Below, piece by piece: positions 53,007-64,000 of a stretch of DNA of 64,000 nt. The notes below the pieces were generated by a model. The model did not search any database. It had not been told where the DNA came from and saw only the letters and a list, made by a program, of their open reading frames with translations. The stretch is from Ruditapes philippinarum (lineage: Eukaryota): positions 124,001 through 188,000 of the forward strand of contig NW_026859203.1 in assembly GCF_026571515.1 (NCBI RefSeq), in the 5' to 3' direction. The first letter of the stretch is position 1; the number at the start of each line of letters is the position of its first letter. Made by a program: the position numbers and the translations under genes.

Positions 53007-55155
53007 TCAAGCGTCTGGTGTGTCAAGATCAACTGATTCATGTGGTCTATTACAGCGGTAAACAGCAGCAAGTAAGAACAACATAGAAATGACGCCAAAA
53101 TACCCTCCATATACTGTAAACTGAAATATAAAGTATATGTGACTATGCTTGTGCTCTGAATAAGAAAATTTGTTGAACAACTTACAAAACATTTATAGTA
53201 TCACGGGGGAGGAACTGTTTCACGAAGGATGAAGTTCTTATGATAACTCCTTGCTCCTTCGTGTAACAGTTTCTCCTCCGTGAATATGTTACTCGAAAAT
53301 GTTTTCAACACTATTTCAGTCATAAAAATGAAAAAAGAATATTAACATCGATAGAGAATCACAATACACCTTCCATCTTTATCACTTTGGAGTTAGTTGA
53401 AATAAGAAACATGAAGTAAGGTTCACTCACCTGATCAACAACACCTGCTCCAAGCCCTGCTTTGTCTACCACTATAACAGTTAGTATGGACTCAAGAACC
53501 AGAGAAGCGAACATATTACATCCGAATGTTAACCCATACCTCTGTTTAACCAAACTCTGAGCAATTTGTGCCCTGAAAGACGCAGGTGAAGGTCAACATG
53601 TATTAACAAATATAAACAAGTGAATGTAGACCTAATTATTATGTGAGATGTGTATAATGTATTGTGGAAAAATTAACAAGTCATCTTATTTGAACGAATC
53701 ATAGAAAAATATAGTCGAGTTAAGAAGGCATGTACTTACGTTGCTATGGTAACGACTGTAACATAGGATGTGCGGAAGAGCACGTACATTGCATAAGCTA
53801 CCCAGATACTACTTGTGTGTGCCATTACAACAAGGAAGGCTGCATTTCCGGCACATACCAAACCCATAAACAACTCGGCCCGTCTTGACCAGTTGACTGG
53901 TACAAACCCAACAGTCAGGACAGTAATACTGCCTGAAAATAAGCAATATGCTTAGACGGTCGTAACAATTGACTGTTCTCATACTCAATTGCATTTTGGA
54001 GTTGGATTTATATTTACTCTTTCTTATCTATTAAAATATGAACATAATTATCAAAAAGGAAATGGATGTTCACAATAGTATTATGGCTTACTAATAATAC
54101 GTGTACAAGTACTAAAGTTTGGTTAGGAACTATAAGAACTTTGTCTTAATTCTATGTGATGACGGTAGATCATATATGTAAAAGTTACCAAGTAGTGTCG
54201 ATGCGGCTTCAACGGCCCCATTGTAAACATCTTGCTCTTCTCCCGGACTATCTTTGACTGATATAACTGCCCACAGATTCTGGACATAATTCAGAACTTG
54301 GAAGTTTCCACAGGATGCTATAGCCCACCACACAGACCACACTAATACAACCCTGTTCCTGTATACATCTCTTAGTTCGGACCACATAAAGACAAAGCCA
54401 TTTCTACACCTGTTACCTCCATCGTATACATTCATGGTACTTTTGTCTTTAACATGATCGTCAACACCTTCACTTTTCGTCCCACATTCTTGAATATTGG
54501 GACTTTTTGAAGTTTCAAAATTCGAATTATTTACATTACCATTGTTCTCATTTGGATCTTTAGCATATTTGTATTGTTTTCTATGAAATATTTCTGAATG
54601 TTTTGGCCAAGGCAATAATAACGGTATCACAAACGCGATGCAAACGCTGACAAATGAAAACACGTGAAGATCATAAAAGTCCATAACATGAAAAGAATAT
54701 AAAAACTGAGCCAGAAGAAAAGACAAGAATTTACCAACCAATGTAGCTGCTCGTGTAAAACTGGATATTTTCTTAAAGTGCTCTTTCGGCACTTCTACAT
54801 ACAAATATGAGTAATATGCTACTTCCCCGGCGGTAAATAGTCCATATAAAACTTCCACAAACTTCATAGCGACAACTCCCTGTGCCCAGAGTAAAAGAGC
54901 CCATGTTCCAATCGCAGCAGCACCGTCAATGATCAAAACTGGTTTGTACCGGAGAAAATCAGTGAGTAAGAAGACGGGTACTAGCCATATCAGATATGAA
55001 TATGTCCACCATGGGTATATCTCATTTGACACCTGCTCTATTGTAAGATTTTTCCATTCACCTGTCAGGTATAATGTGAGAAACGCCTCTGACGGTCGCA
55101 TCTCTTTTACAAATCCAAAACTACATAATAACGCCGTTAACAGCTCCCAGTTCAT
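53007..55155 (-). CDS. SLC19A: SLC19-family (thiamine transporter / reduced folate carrier-like) transporter, intact, ~471 aa
   Basis: Minus-strand exons 55155-54189, 53932-53740, 53572-53431, 53120-53007 (1416 nt, GT-AG, in frame). Motifs [80 protein letters not shown]...RYGLTFGCNMF, QFTVYGGYF. Confidence 0.95.
53201..53285. repeat. Small palindromic element in SLC19 intron 3
   Basis: TCACGGGGGAGGAACTGTTTCACGAAGGA is inverted relative to TCCTTCGTGTAACAGTTTCTCCTCCGTGA. Confidence 0.75.
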
Positions 55156-56914
55156 TGTTTTGTTCTAATGCATTAGAATCTAAAATAATTGTAATATACA
55201 CAACTCGCCTATCTAAACATTAACCTTTTCCACAGTGCACATTGCTTGCAGTTTAAGCTTTTAACAATACCAAACGAGCGACTTTCACCAATAAAACTTT
55301 TATTTTATTTATTTTATTTAGATAAGAAACAGTAGCAATCGTTTATCTGATGAACCTGTGCGTAGCCTTTTAAATCAAAGCACTGAAAGTACTATGGATC
55401 AGCAAATAATTATAGATACGAAATAATTAAATGGTTGGAATGGTTTGCAGAAAATAATTATTTTAAACAAAGGAAGGCGAATATGTATGGGAGAAAAGGA
55501 AATGCAAAGAATAAGTTTTGTGCATATATGCATTGTCATTATAGATTTGGAACTCTCATTTTCACATGTCTTTTAGCTGTATGTGCGTCTTCTTGCTATA
55601 TACCACTCATAATAGCCATTTGCTATCAACACTCGACATATTGGCAGTAAAACATATTTGTAAAACAAAGAGTCAAATAGAAAAATGTTGATACGTGGAT
55701 GAAATATCTTCCCAATAAAATCAATTGTCTTTGGTTATGTGTACATCATACATTATTCTTGCATAAAAAACTGCGCGTTAACATTACATCAACGGAGAAG
55801 AAAACATAAATAAACGAATATTTTAATCACGAGAACCTGTGTCGTTGTGACACGTGTTTTAATATATGTGACACAGGGCGCCTTGTGAATTAGCTGGAAT
55901 AAGTTACCGAAACAGGCGTAATCACATTTTTTTCATGCATTAACATCTGCAGAAGCCTTTGGACTCATGAAATTCCCCACCCTGCGACCTCGAACTTTGC
56001 GTGCGTCCTCGTGTTTTTGTAGATGTTAATGCACGAAAAACGTGCATTAACCCTCAATTATTATTATTTAAGTATAAAAAGGCCGAAAGTTGCGGTAGGG
56101 GACATAATCAGGTTTATTTTATATGATGTGGCTGAATAATATGGTGATATTATGTCTACTATTATTTTTAATTTAGTTAAATTTGATTATTTAAACAAAG
56201 ACATTTATTACCAAAAATAACTTTATTGAGAAAAGCAAATAATGTATGCCTAAATTTTTAAATGTTATAGAGCTACGCACTTGAATCACCCATATATCCT
56301 GGTTAGCTGGGTTCTGATTAAGTTTATTAAATGGGACAAACATGCGTTAATACAAACATTATGCATCTTAAGACTTTAAAAGTGATAGAAACGCAGGAAT
56401 GCTATGTCAATAGCTGCAAGTCTTGTAGATCTACTATTGTAACGTGAAATTTGATCATTTATAATGGCCAATCAGAATTAGTCAAACGAGAAACACGTTT
56501 TATTTTTTCTTACGCAGATAAAACTTTGCATTGTGCATTTATCAGTAACGTTTAAAGTATGTTGGTTTCTTGTAGTTCTCTTGATTCAAATTAGTCTTAA
56601 AATTCCGGATTTAACATCCGTGTTAACGTAAGTAGTGTTGACAAAGTTAATATAAATACGTAAAATTTTGTCATGACTTAAAATGCAATTTGTCGGGCAT
56701 ATTTATATAGATCTAAGTGAATACATGTCAAAACGAAAGTAGCAAATGTCAGATATAGAGTGTACAGTACGTTCCAAGTTTATGATAAACATGAAGCATA
56801 ATTGATATGCAGTAAGATTTTGTCGTTGATATATCAGATAAATATACTAAATTTTGAGGTCATTTTACTTTGTTGAGTACAGATGGACGAGACGCAAGCT
56901 GAGTCTAATATAGG

Positions 56915-57650
56915 TCTATGTCATGTTTTGTATAGTGGCTGTGTTATATTATGTCTTATATAGTGGTAGTTATGTCATGTCTTGTTTAGTGAGTGTTTTA
57001 TGTCATGTCTAATATAGTGTCAGTTCTATAATGTCATGTTTATAAAATGACAGTTCTATGTCATGTTTTACATAGTGACAGTTCTATGTCATGTTTTATG
57101 TAGTGACAGTTCTTTGTCATGTCTTATATAGTGGCTGTTTCATGTCATTTTTTAAAGTGGAAGTTTTATGTCATGTCTTATATAATGGCTGTTTATGTCA
57201 TGGCTCACACAGTGACAGTTCTAGGTCATGTCTCATATTATGGCTGTTTTATGTCATGTCTTATAAAGTGACAGTTCTTTGTCATGTTTTATAAAGTGAC
57301 AGTTCTATGTCATGCTTATATAGTGAGAGTTATATGTCATGTTTAAAATATAGTGGTTGTGTTATGTTATGTTAGTTATTTAGTGCATGTTTTATGTCAT
57401 GTCTTATACGGTGACAGTTTTATGTCATGTTTTATTATAATGACAGCTCTATGTCATGTTTTACATAGTGACAGTCGATTAGAGTGGCTGTGTTATTTCA
57501 TACCTTATATAGTGGCTGTTTTATGTTGTGTCTTATATAGGTGCAGTTTTATGTCATGTCTTATATAATGGCTGATGTGTGTCATGTTTAATATAGTTAC
57601 AGTTTTATGACATGCTTTATATAGTGGCTGTTTGATGTCATGTCTTATAT
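56915..57650. repeat. Minisatellite, ~28 bp unit, copy B
   Basis: Paralog of the 42615-43425 array with a different unit order. Confidence 0.92.
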
Positions 57651-57712
57651 GTGATGGTATAGGCAAGCCGTTTAAAGTATTTTTGGGGATATTTTATATT
57701 TATAGTATAAGA

Positions 57713-60700
57713 ATGCAAGCCAGTATTGAAGGTGAGATTGTGACATTACATACACACAGTTCAAGCACTGCTGACCTTGTAAACGAGCAAGTTAACATTG
57801 CCAGGAAGGAGGTGATGTTGTTATATAATTATATAATATTAATTTTTAAGATTTATTTTATTTATTTGCTTACATCTATAGACGGAACATTGATCTATAT
57901 TTCTGCCTTTGATACCAGTCTGGCTTATAATGAAGTAAGCGAGCTTAGGTAATGTTGTACTAGCTAGGACACTACGTTAGAGGCACCATACTGATACCGT
58001 AACTATTTTTTCCCTTTAAGGGTATTGTATTTCAACCTTTCTCTGAGAAAAAAAATCACTTATACTGTCAGTTCGATATTCAGTATACTAAGTAGTTATC
58101 TTTCAAATATGCTGTCTACTTTATTAGGTTTAATAACTTAAGTAAATTGTCTATAAATTGTCTCGAAATATCAGAAAATTGTTACGTGCACTTAAGAATA
58201 ATATATTGTTGTATTACAGGAGAGCGAGAAACATTTCTGTTTATGTAATCTTGGAGATATAATTCACAAGTACCAACGATGGACGACACTTTTACCGAGA
58301 GTTAAACCTTTTTATGGTATGATTATAATGAATTTTACCCTCATTAACACATTTGTTTAGAAGAATTCGTTGGTAAGTCTAAGGCCACGCATTCACTTCC
58401 GCATAGCCACCCACATTCCATGTCATACAGTGAAACATTTTGGTCAACAATATACAAAATATCTTATCATGAATAAGTTAGACTTTGTTTCAACGAAGGA
58501 ACACAAGTTTGAAAAGTCGGCTAATGTGTTAAAATATAAATACATATACAATAGTTTCTTGTTCTAGTATCATGTAAAGTGATGAATGTTTGTGTTGTTG
58601 TTTTGTTTTAGCTGTAAAGTGCAATGAAGAATTACCAGTACTGAAGGTCCTCGCTGATCTGGGGGCATCATTTGACTGTGCTTGTAAGGTAACTCACGAT
58701 CCATCCTGGATTATCCTTGTGTATTTTAGGTTATCATGGATTGAAAGCAAAATACATCAGATTTTTGTTTTTCAACATAATCTAAATATCCACTTAAGAA
58801 AACGAAGCAAATTGATGAATACTACTTTACATTCAGCTTAGGAGAACAGCTCAATAAGCCTTGCAGTTTTCAAAATGCCATATCTTTAAAGAATACAAGC
58901 TTAATGTATTACTATATGTACATTGTATTAGCAGAACAACTTTTCTCTTTTTCATTTCTTAAACTATTTTAATTCAGCACGAGATAGAAAAGGTTCTCAA
59001 TATTGGCGTAACACCAGCACGTGTCATATACGCACAGCCATGCAAGCAACCTTCAATGCTGAAGTTCGCGGAACAGAAAGGTGTGGACAAAATGACGTTT
59101 GACAACGTGGAGGAACTGTATAAAGTTAAGAAGATATTTCCAACAGCCAGGTGGGGTTTAATACTTTTCATCATATGTCATTCATATATTAGGCTAAATT
59201 TGAGGTCAGTCTATTATATGTTTTATTTAGGACAGTCGGATTAATGATGATATCTTTTTATATTTACAGATTAGTTTTAAGGATAATGATAGACAGTGAG
59301 TATAAGGGGAATCAAGATTTCAGCAGTAAGTACGGGTGTCATCCATTGGACGTTCCCACTGTTCTCGAGACTGCGAAAGAACTAAACCTTAACGTCGTTG
59401 GTGTTAGGTAAAATGCATCATATATAGACTTGAAAGTATTGTTTTATCAATATGCTTAAATAAACATGAACGAAATAGAGTTGAAAAGTATGTGTGTGAA
59501 ATTTTAACAAAAGTTGTAAAATTTGAAGGATTTTTGATAACATATTCAAGTGTAGGCCGGCCTACTGTCAACACTTAACGGGAGTAGTTAAAAATGTTAA
59601 GCAATAAATCAAATACAGCAGAATTTAAACAAGTGAAGACAAGCTATCAAGTGTCATGCGTTTCAACTTTTACTGAAAAATGAGCATTATCTTTCAGTTT
59701 TCACGTTGGTAGCAACTGTTATGACTCTAGGGCATTTTCAGCAGCCATACAGCAATCAAGGCAGGTATTTGATACCGGGGCTGGTCTTGGCTTCAATATG
59801 ACACTGCTTGACATAGGAGGTGGTTTCCCAGGTCAACTTGATACTGGTACAAAATTTCAACAGGTACGTATTTAACGCGCACCTCGAGATGTCAAATATC
59901 AACCTGATTATAACATTTTATGTATAAGCCAAGAGTAGCGGTGGCCTAGTTATTAAAGTGTATGCCTCTCAACCCAGCGTTCATGGGTTCGACCCTTTAT
60001 CAGGTCAAGACCATGTTACTTTATATGACACCACTACTGGTTGGTTTCTGGAAGTGGGCTCAAAAGTGATTAGTAGAAGTTGCAAGAACTTGTTTCGCAA
60101 TCGATCTTAAATAAATATGTTTAAACCAAACCATATAAATCTTGACTTTATATAAGAAATACTGGAACATAAATTGTTTCCTGCTTTAAATATTTGATAT
60201 ATATTGAGAAAACTACATGCAAATGTATTATTTGTTTTGTTTTTAAATTAGATAGCTGATGTTGTAAACTCCAGCTTAGATACACACTTTCCTTGCAATG
60301 AAGGTTTGGAGATTATAGCCGAGCCGGGACGCTACATGGTCGCATCCGCTTTTACTATTGGCGTCAACATCATAGCAAAACGTATTGTGTCACACAGACC
60401 AAACAAACAAGATAAAGGTATGTTGTAAATTGTAACACTATCATAATAATAAATATTATACATGTATCCGCAGACACATCGTAAAAATTGCTTCTGATAA
60501 TTCAATCTTTGTCACACATTCAGCAATGTTAAACAAATATAAATAAGAGGGCTTGTCAAATACTTAAACGCTAACTGATAAGTTTATTTTGAAAACAAGC
60601 AAGTATTATATAAGAGGTGAATAGCATGTCAGTGTTGTAAGATCCAAAATTAAACTTCACAAAGTTTGTTGTGCAATATTGTATAACTGATATCAATTCT

Positions 60701-61945
60701 ACTTTATATAATGCAGGGACTGGCATAAACAGAAATGACCCGACTGTAAAGTCTATAATGTACTATGTGAATGATGGAGTTTATGGGTCATTCCTAAGTA
60801 AACTTTCAGTGGACAGAAAATATGAGGCGAAATCTTTAAAGGTAGAAACATTATAACTTTCTAAGCGCAAATTAACATCACTTCAGTTTTAGGCCAGCCG
60901 ACATTAACTAATTCTCTACCCATATTGACCAGTTTCCTACTTCAAAAATCTGGAACAGTAGTGGATGGACACAAACTAACATTGGGCAAATATCCAATGA
61001 ATCAAGTAATGCCCGGGATTCGAACTCCCTACTTTAAAGTTCTTGAACCTCATATACACTCTGACTACTAAGGTAAAATGGCGAACTAAGCAACCCTTCT
61101 CTATCCAAACAACACTAATACAGTGACTGTTGACTTACAATGTAACAGGACATTGTCTATCACTGACCAAGGACAAGAACTTAGAAAATAATGCATGCTA
61201 CAAATTGTTTTATTTCGTTTTCAGCTTATATAAAAATATTCATAACTTTATATTAAGAATAAACAGAAAATGATAAAGAGGTATGTCTGTTATACTAAGT
61301 TTTAGACAGTGTTTTACTATGTTGTAGACAGACCAAGATGCTGCCTTGTATGAGAGTAGTGTATGGGGACCTTCATGTGACAGTGTTGACTGTATTGTAG
61401 ACTCTACATTATTACCAGCACATGATGTTGGAGAGTGGCTGTATTTCCCCGACATGGGGGCTTACACATTGTCATCACACACAAAATTCAATGGAATGGA
61501 AGAGCCTAAGCTAATCTATTACTGTCAAACCGACACTTGGTATTTATTCTACAAAATTCTATATCTCCCTGTTTAGTTCTAGTATATAACTGCTAATTTC
61601 TTAAATATTCCTTTCAAAATAAAGTTACTAGTTAAACAATTTCCAGTTTAACATTTCAACTTGTTTCACATTCCGAGACAACAATTAAGAATACATATCT
61701 CTGGTGTAAATTCTAGCACATACAGTCAGACGTGTATTAAGTGACCGCATGTACATATATGTCTGTCAATATAAAATAAGTTATTATGTCATTAGCTTTA
61801 ATACTTTCAATGAACTAATACCACTTGAGTAAAAACATTTTCAAAATTGTTTTAAAGTGGGTAATGCTTTTAATGTATATATTTCAGGAATCGGTTATAC
61901 AGTGAGAAGTCTTACCAGTATAATGGACCAAATAATACAACATAA
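57713..61945 (+). CDS. ODC-like: Ornithine decarboxylase-like PLP enzyme, copy B, intact, ~436 aa
   Basis: Exons 57713-57811, 58220-58316, 58612-58688, 58978-59150, 59270-59407, 59698-59863, 60252-60417, 60717-60841, 61328-61539, 61888-61945 (1311 nt, in frame). Same catalytic motifs as copy A; FDCAC instead of FDCAS. Confidence 0.92.
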
Positions 61946-62170
61946 GAGTTATATAGTCTCACAAGCATACTTTATGCTGTTGAAACATGTGTTAGTCTTG
62001 TCTGAAACAATTGCAAGTAACATGTATTTTATTCCAGTCAGATTGTATTATTTGAAAGCAAATGTTCTATTTAGTCTGACAAGTTGGAATATCATCATTT
62101 TTATGTATATATTGTACATGTCTGATGTACTTTTAACACAAAGTAGTATAGGCTTTATATAATAACATAT

Positions 62171-63780
62171 AATGGGAGAATAGGAAGCAATTTTTATACT
62201 TATCACATATTGACTTTAAACTTAATATACTTCTGTATTTCTTGACAGCACTGATAATTAATTGGTAGAAAGTAAAGTTTATTTTAATACCTGATCTTGC
62301 TTTCAATTCATTCCTTTCAAGGAAAGTACCATTCACATTCATAATAACTTTGATAAACCCTTATACTTTTATCATACCATGTTTTTATGAAAATAGGTTT
62401 TCTATCCATCAAAATATATTGGTTATAGAACAGGGGCATTTCTTACATTTCCATAGAAATAATCGGTATTTTTTCTAAAAATTCTTCATAAGCACCTAAA
62501 ACATCTTTCCAAAATGAATTTTTCAAAATATTATATATATATATTCTTTACATAACTTTCGACAATTAAACAGCTTCTTAATATCTAAAAAGTTATCTAA
62601 AATAGTGTAACATTTATCACATTCAGATGATACAATTCTTCTTAACCATGAAAATGTTTAACTTTTCATGTAAGCACATACATCAATCATTTTAGACCAC
62701 CATTTACATATTCCTTCACCAATACAGAAGATTTAATCTTTGGCGGACCTTGCCACACAAAATCATAAACATATTATTTCTGAGAATTAGGATTTGGAAG
62801 TGACATAAACAATTTAGTTAATAAAGGAAGTACCATTAGTTTTTTTTTCTAAAAAAGTAATGATTTTTGAAGTCTAGTTATATTTTTCAAGATTACAAAA
62901 AGTATTTAGTTGGTGTTTCACCATTATCAATCCATTCTGCTCTAGAGTGTATGAAATTACCTTTAATTTTGTCTTGTCTTATAGTTTCCAATTCTTTTTG
63001 CAAGTTTAATAATCTAATATTTCCAGCACCATTTGTATTTATTTCTAAATCTGTAATCTGTGATATTAAATCATCCTCTCTAGATTTGCTTTTCTTCTTA
63101 AAACTTGCATAAGAAATAGTTTTTCCTCTTATTTCTATTCACAGAGTTTCTAAAAATAACTGGTCATCAATAACAAATGATAGTTCATTATAGCTAAAAT
63201 TTTCAATAGTTTCTATATTACATACAGGTAAACAGTATTGTTTTTTTATTTTTTCAATGTTTTCATTAATAATATTCAAATATTCTTTATCATATAAAAG
63301 AGAGTTATTGAATTACCAGAGACCTTTACCATGAGTAACATTACTAAGATCTAAACTAAGTGTTACAATAGAATGATCTGATCTATAGCTAAGACCTACA
63401 TCACAACTCCTTACCTGAGGTAAAATATCCTCAATAATCAAAAAAAGAAATCTAACCTAGCCTGCTGTGTCGGACTTGTACAACGCCATGTATACTGTCT
63501 AATATCTTTATTACATTCTCTAAACGGGTCAAATAAATGTCAACTATTAATATTTTAAAGAAGTAAATTTCTAGCTTTCTTATTATTATCCATTGATTTA
63601 TAATTGTAATAATCAAGGTTAGTATTTAATACAAGATTGAAGTCACCACAACACATGTAGGAATCATTTTCTATAACATCAATAATTGGGGTATCTTGTG
63701 TGCAATCACAATCCTCTGTAAATCTTTGTTAGAATATTAATTTATAATCAACTTTTATTAAGGATATGTACTGCAAAATT
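62171..63780 (-). mobile_element. Degenerate L1/Tx1-like LINE ORF2 remnant
   Basis: Minus-strand APE endonuclease motifs CGDFNLVLN, YTWR, QARLDFF, SDHSIV, GKGLW*FNNSLL, then EIRGKTISYASFK and SRAEWIDNGETPTKYF, then post-RT LPLLTKLFMSLPNP and FVWQGPPKI; many stops and frameshifts. Confidence 0.85.
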
Positions 63781-64000
63781 ATATGAAAGTCGGTGAGGGC
63801 ATAAGTCGCCCTGGTAGTGTGTGTAAATAAGGGAGGTAAATCCGAGTTGCACCATAGACGTCTGTAATATGGACATGTATAGTCAAAATGTTTTGACATT
63901 CCCCGATATTTTTGTTCTGGCTCAGGGAAGATATATAAAAATTGCGCGCACCTACACAAAATAACATAATATATTAATGTGCAGTGCAATTAGTCGGACT

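Larger units (their letters stand above)
49928..62640 (+). repeat. Tandem segmental duplication, copy B
   Basis: Begins with sequence matching 27944 onward and ends where identity with 49930 ends. Confidence 0.95.

Noticed and set aside
43516-61945. Antizyme inhibitor (catalytically dead ODC) assignment
   Set aside because: PLP lysine, the Lys of the KYG motif, GGGF, EPGR and Cys-Asp are all retained.

Overview
AT-rich, intron-containing animal genomic DNA. The repeat families (tRNA-derived SINEs, HINE/Helentron-type elements, palindromic MITEs) look like those of a bivalve mollusc; this is an inference. From left to right: (1) a minisatellite-rich stretch with a 172-nt N gap; (2) the 3' exons of a NOL4/NOL4L-like gene; (3) a complete 8-exon SLC1/EAAT-type glutamate/aspartate transporter, whose first intron holds a 2.98-kb non-autonomous DNA transposon with 104-bp TIRs, CAC...GTG ends and a 5-bp TSD (Transib/RAG-like signature); (4) a head-to-tail tandem duplication of a three-gene unit [secreted type-B carboxylesterase (+), SLC19-family transporter (-), ornithine-decarboxylase-like PLP enzyme (+)]. 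Copy A (27944-49930) has gained a young Bel/Pao LTR retrotransposon with identical LTRs, a solo LTR and other extra segments, and has lost most of its SLC19 gene. Copy B (49928-62640) is compact. The junction is resolvable to a 3-bp microhomology inside a dead L1/Tx1-like LINE. The two ODC-like paralogs keep all catalytic residues but differ from canonical ODC, and from each other, in the substrate-specificity helix. Several frameshifts are small indels in homopolymer or dinucleotide runs and may be assembly errors. All exon structures were read by eye; no database search was run.
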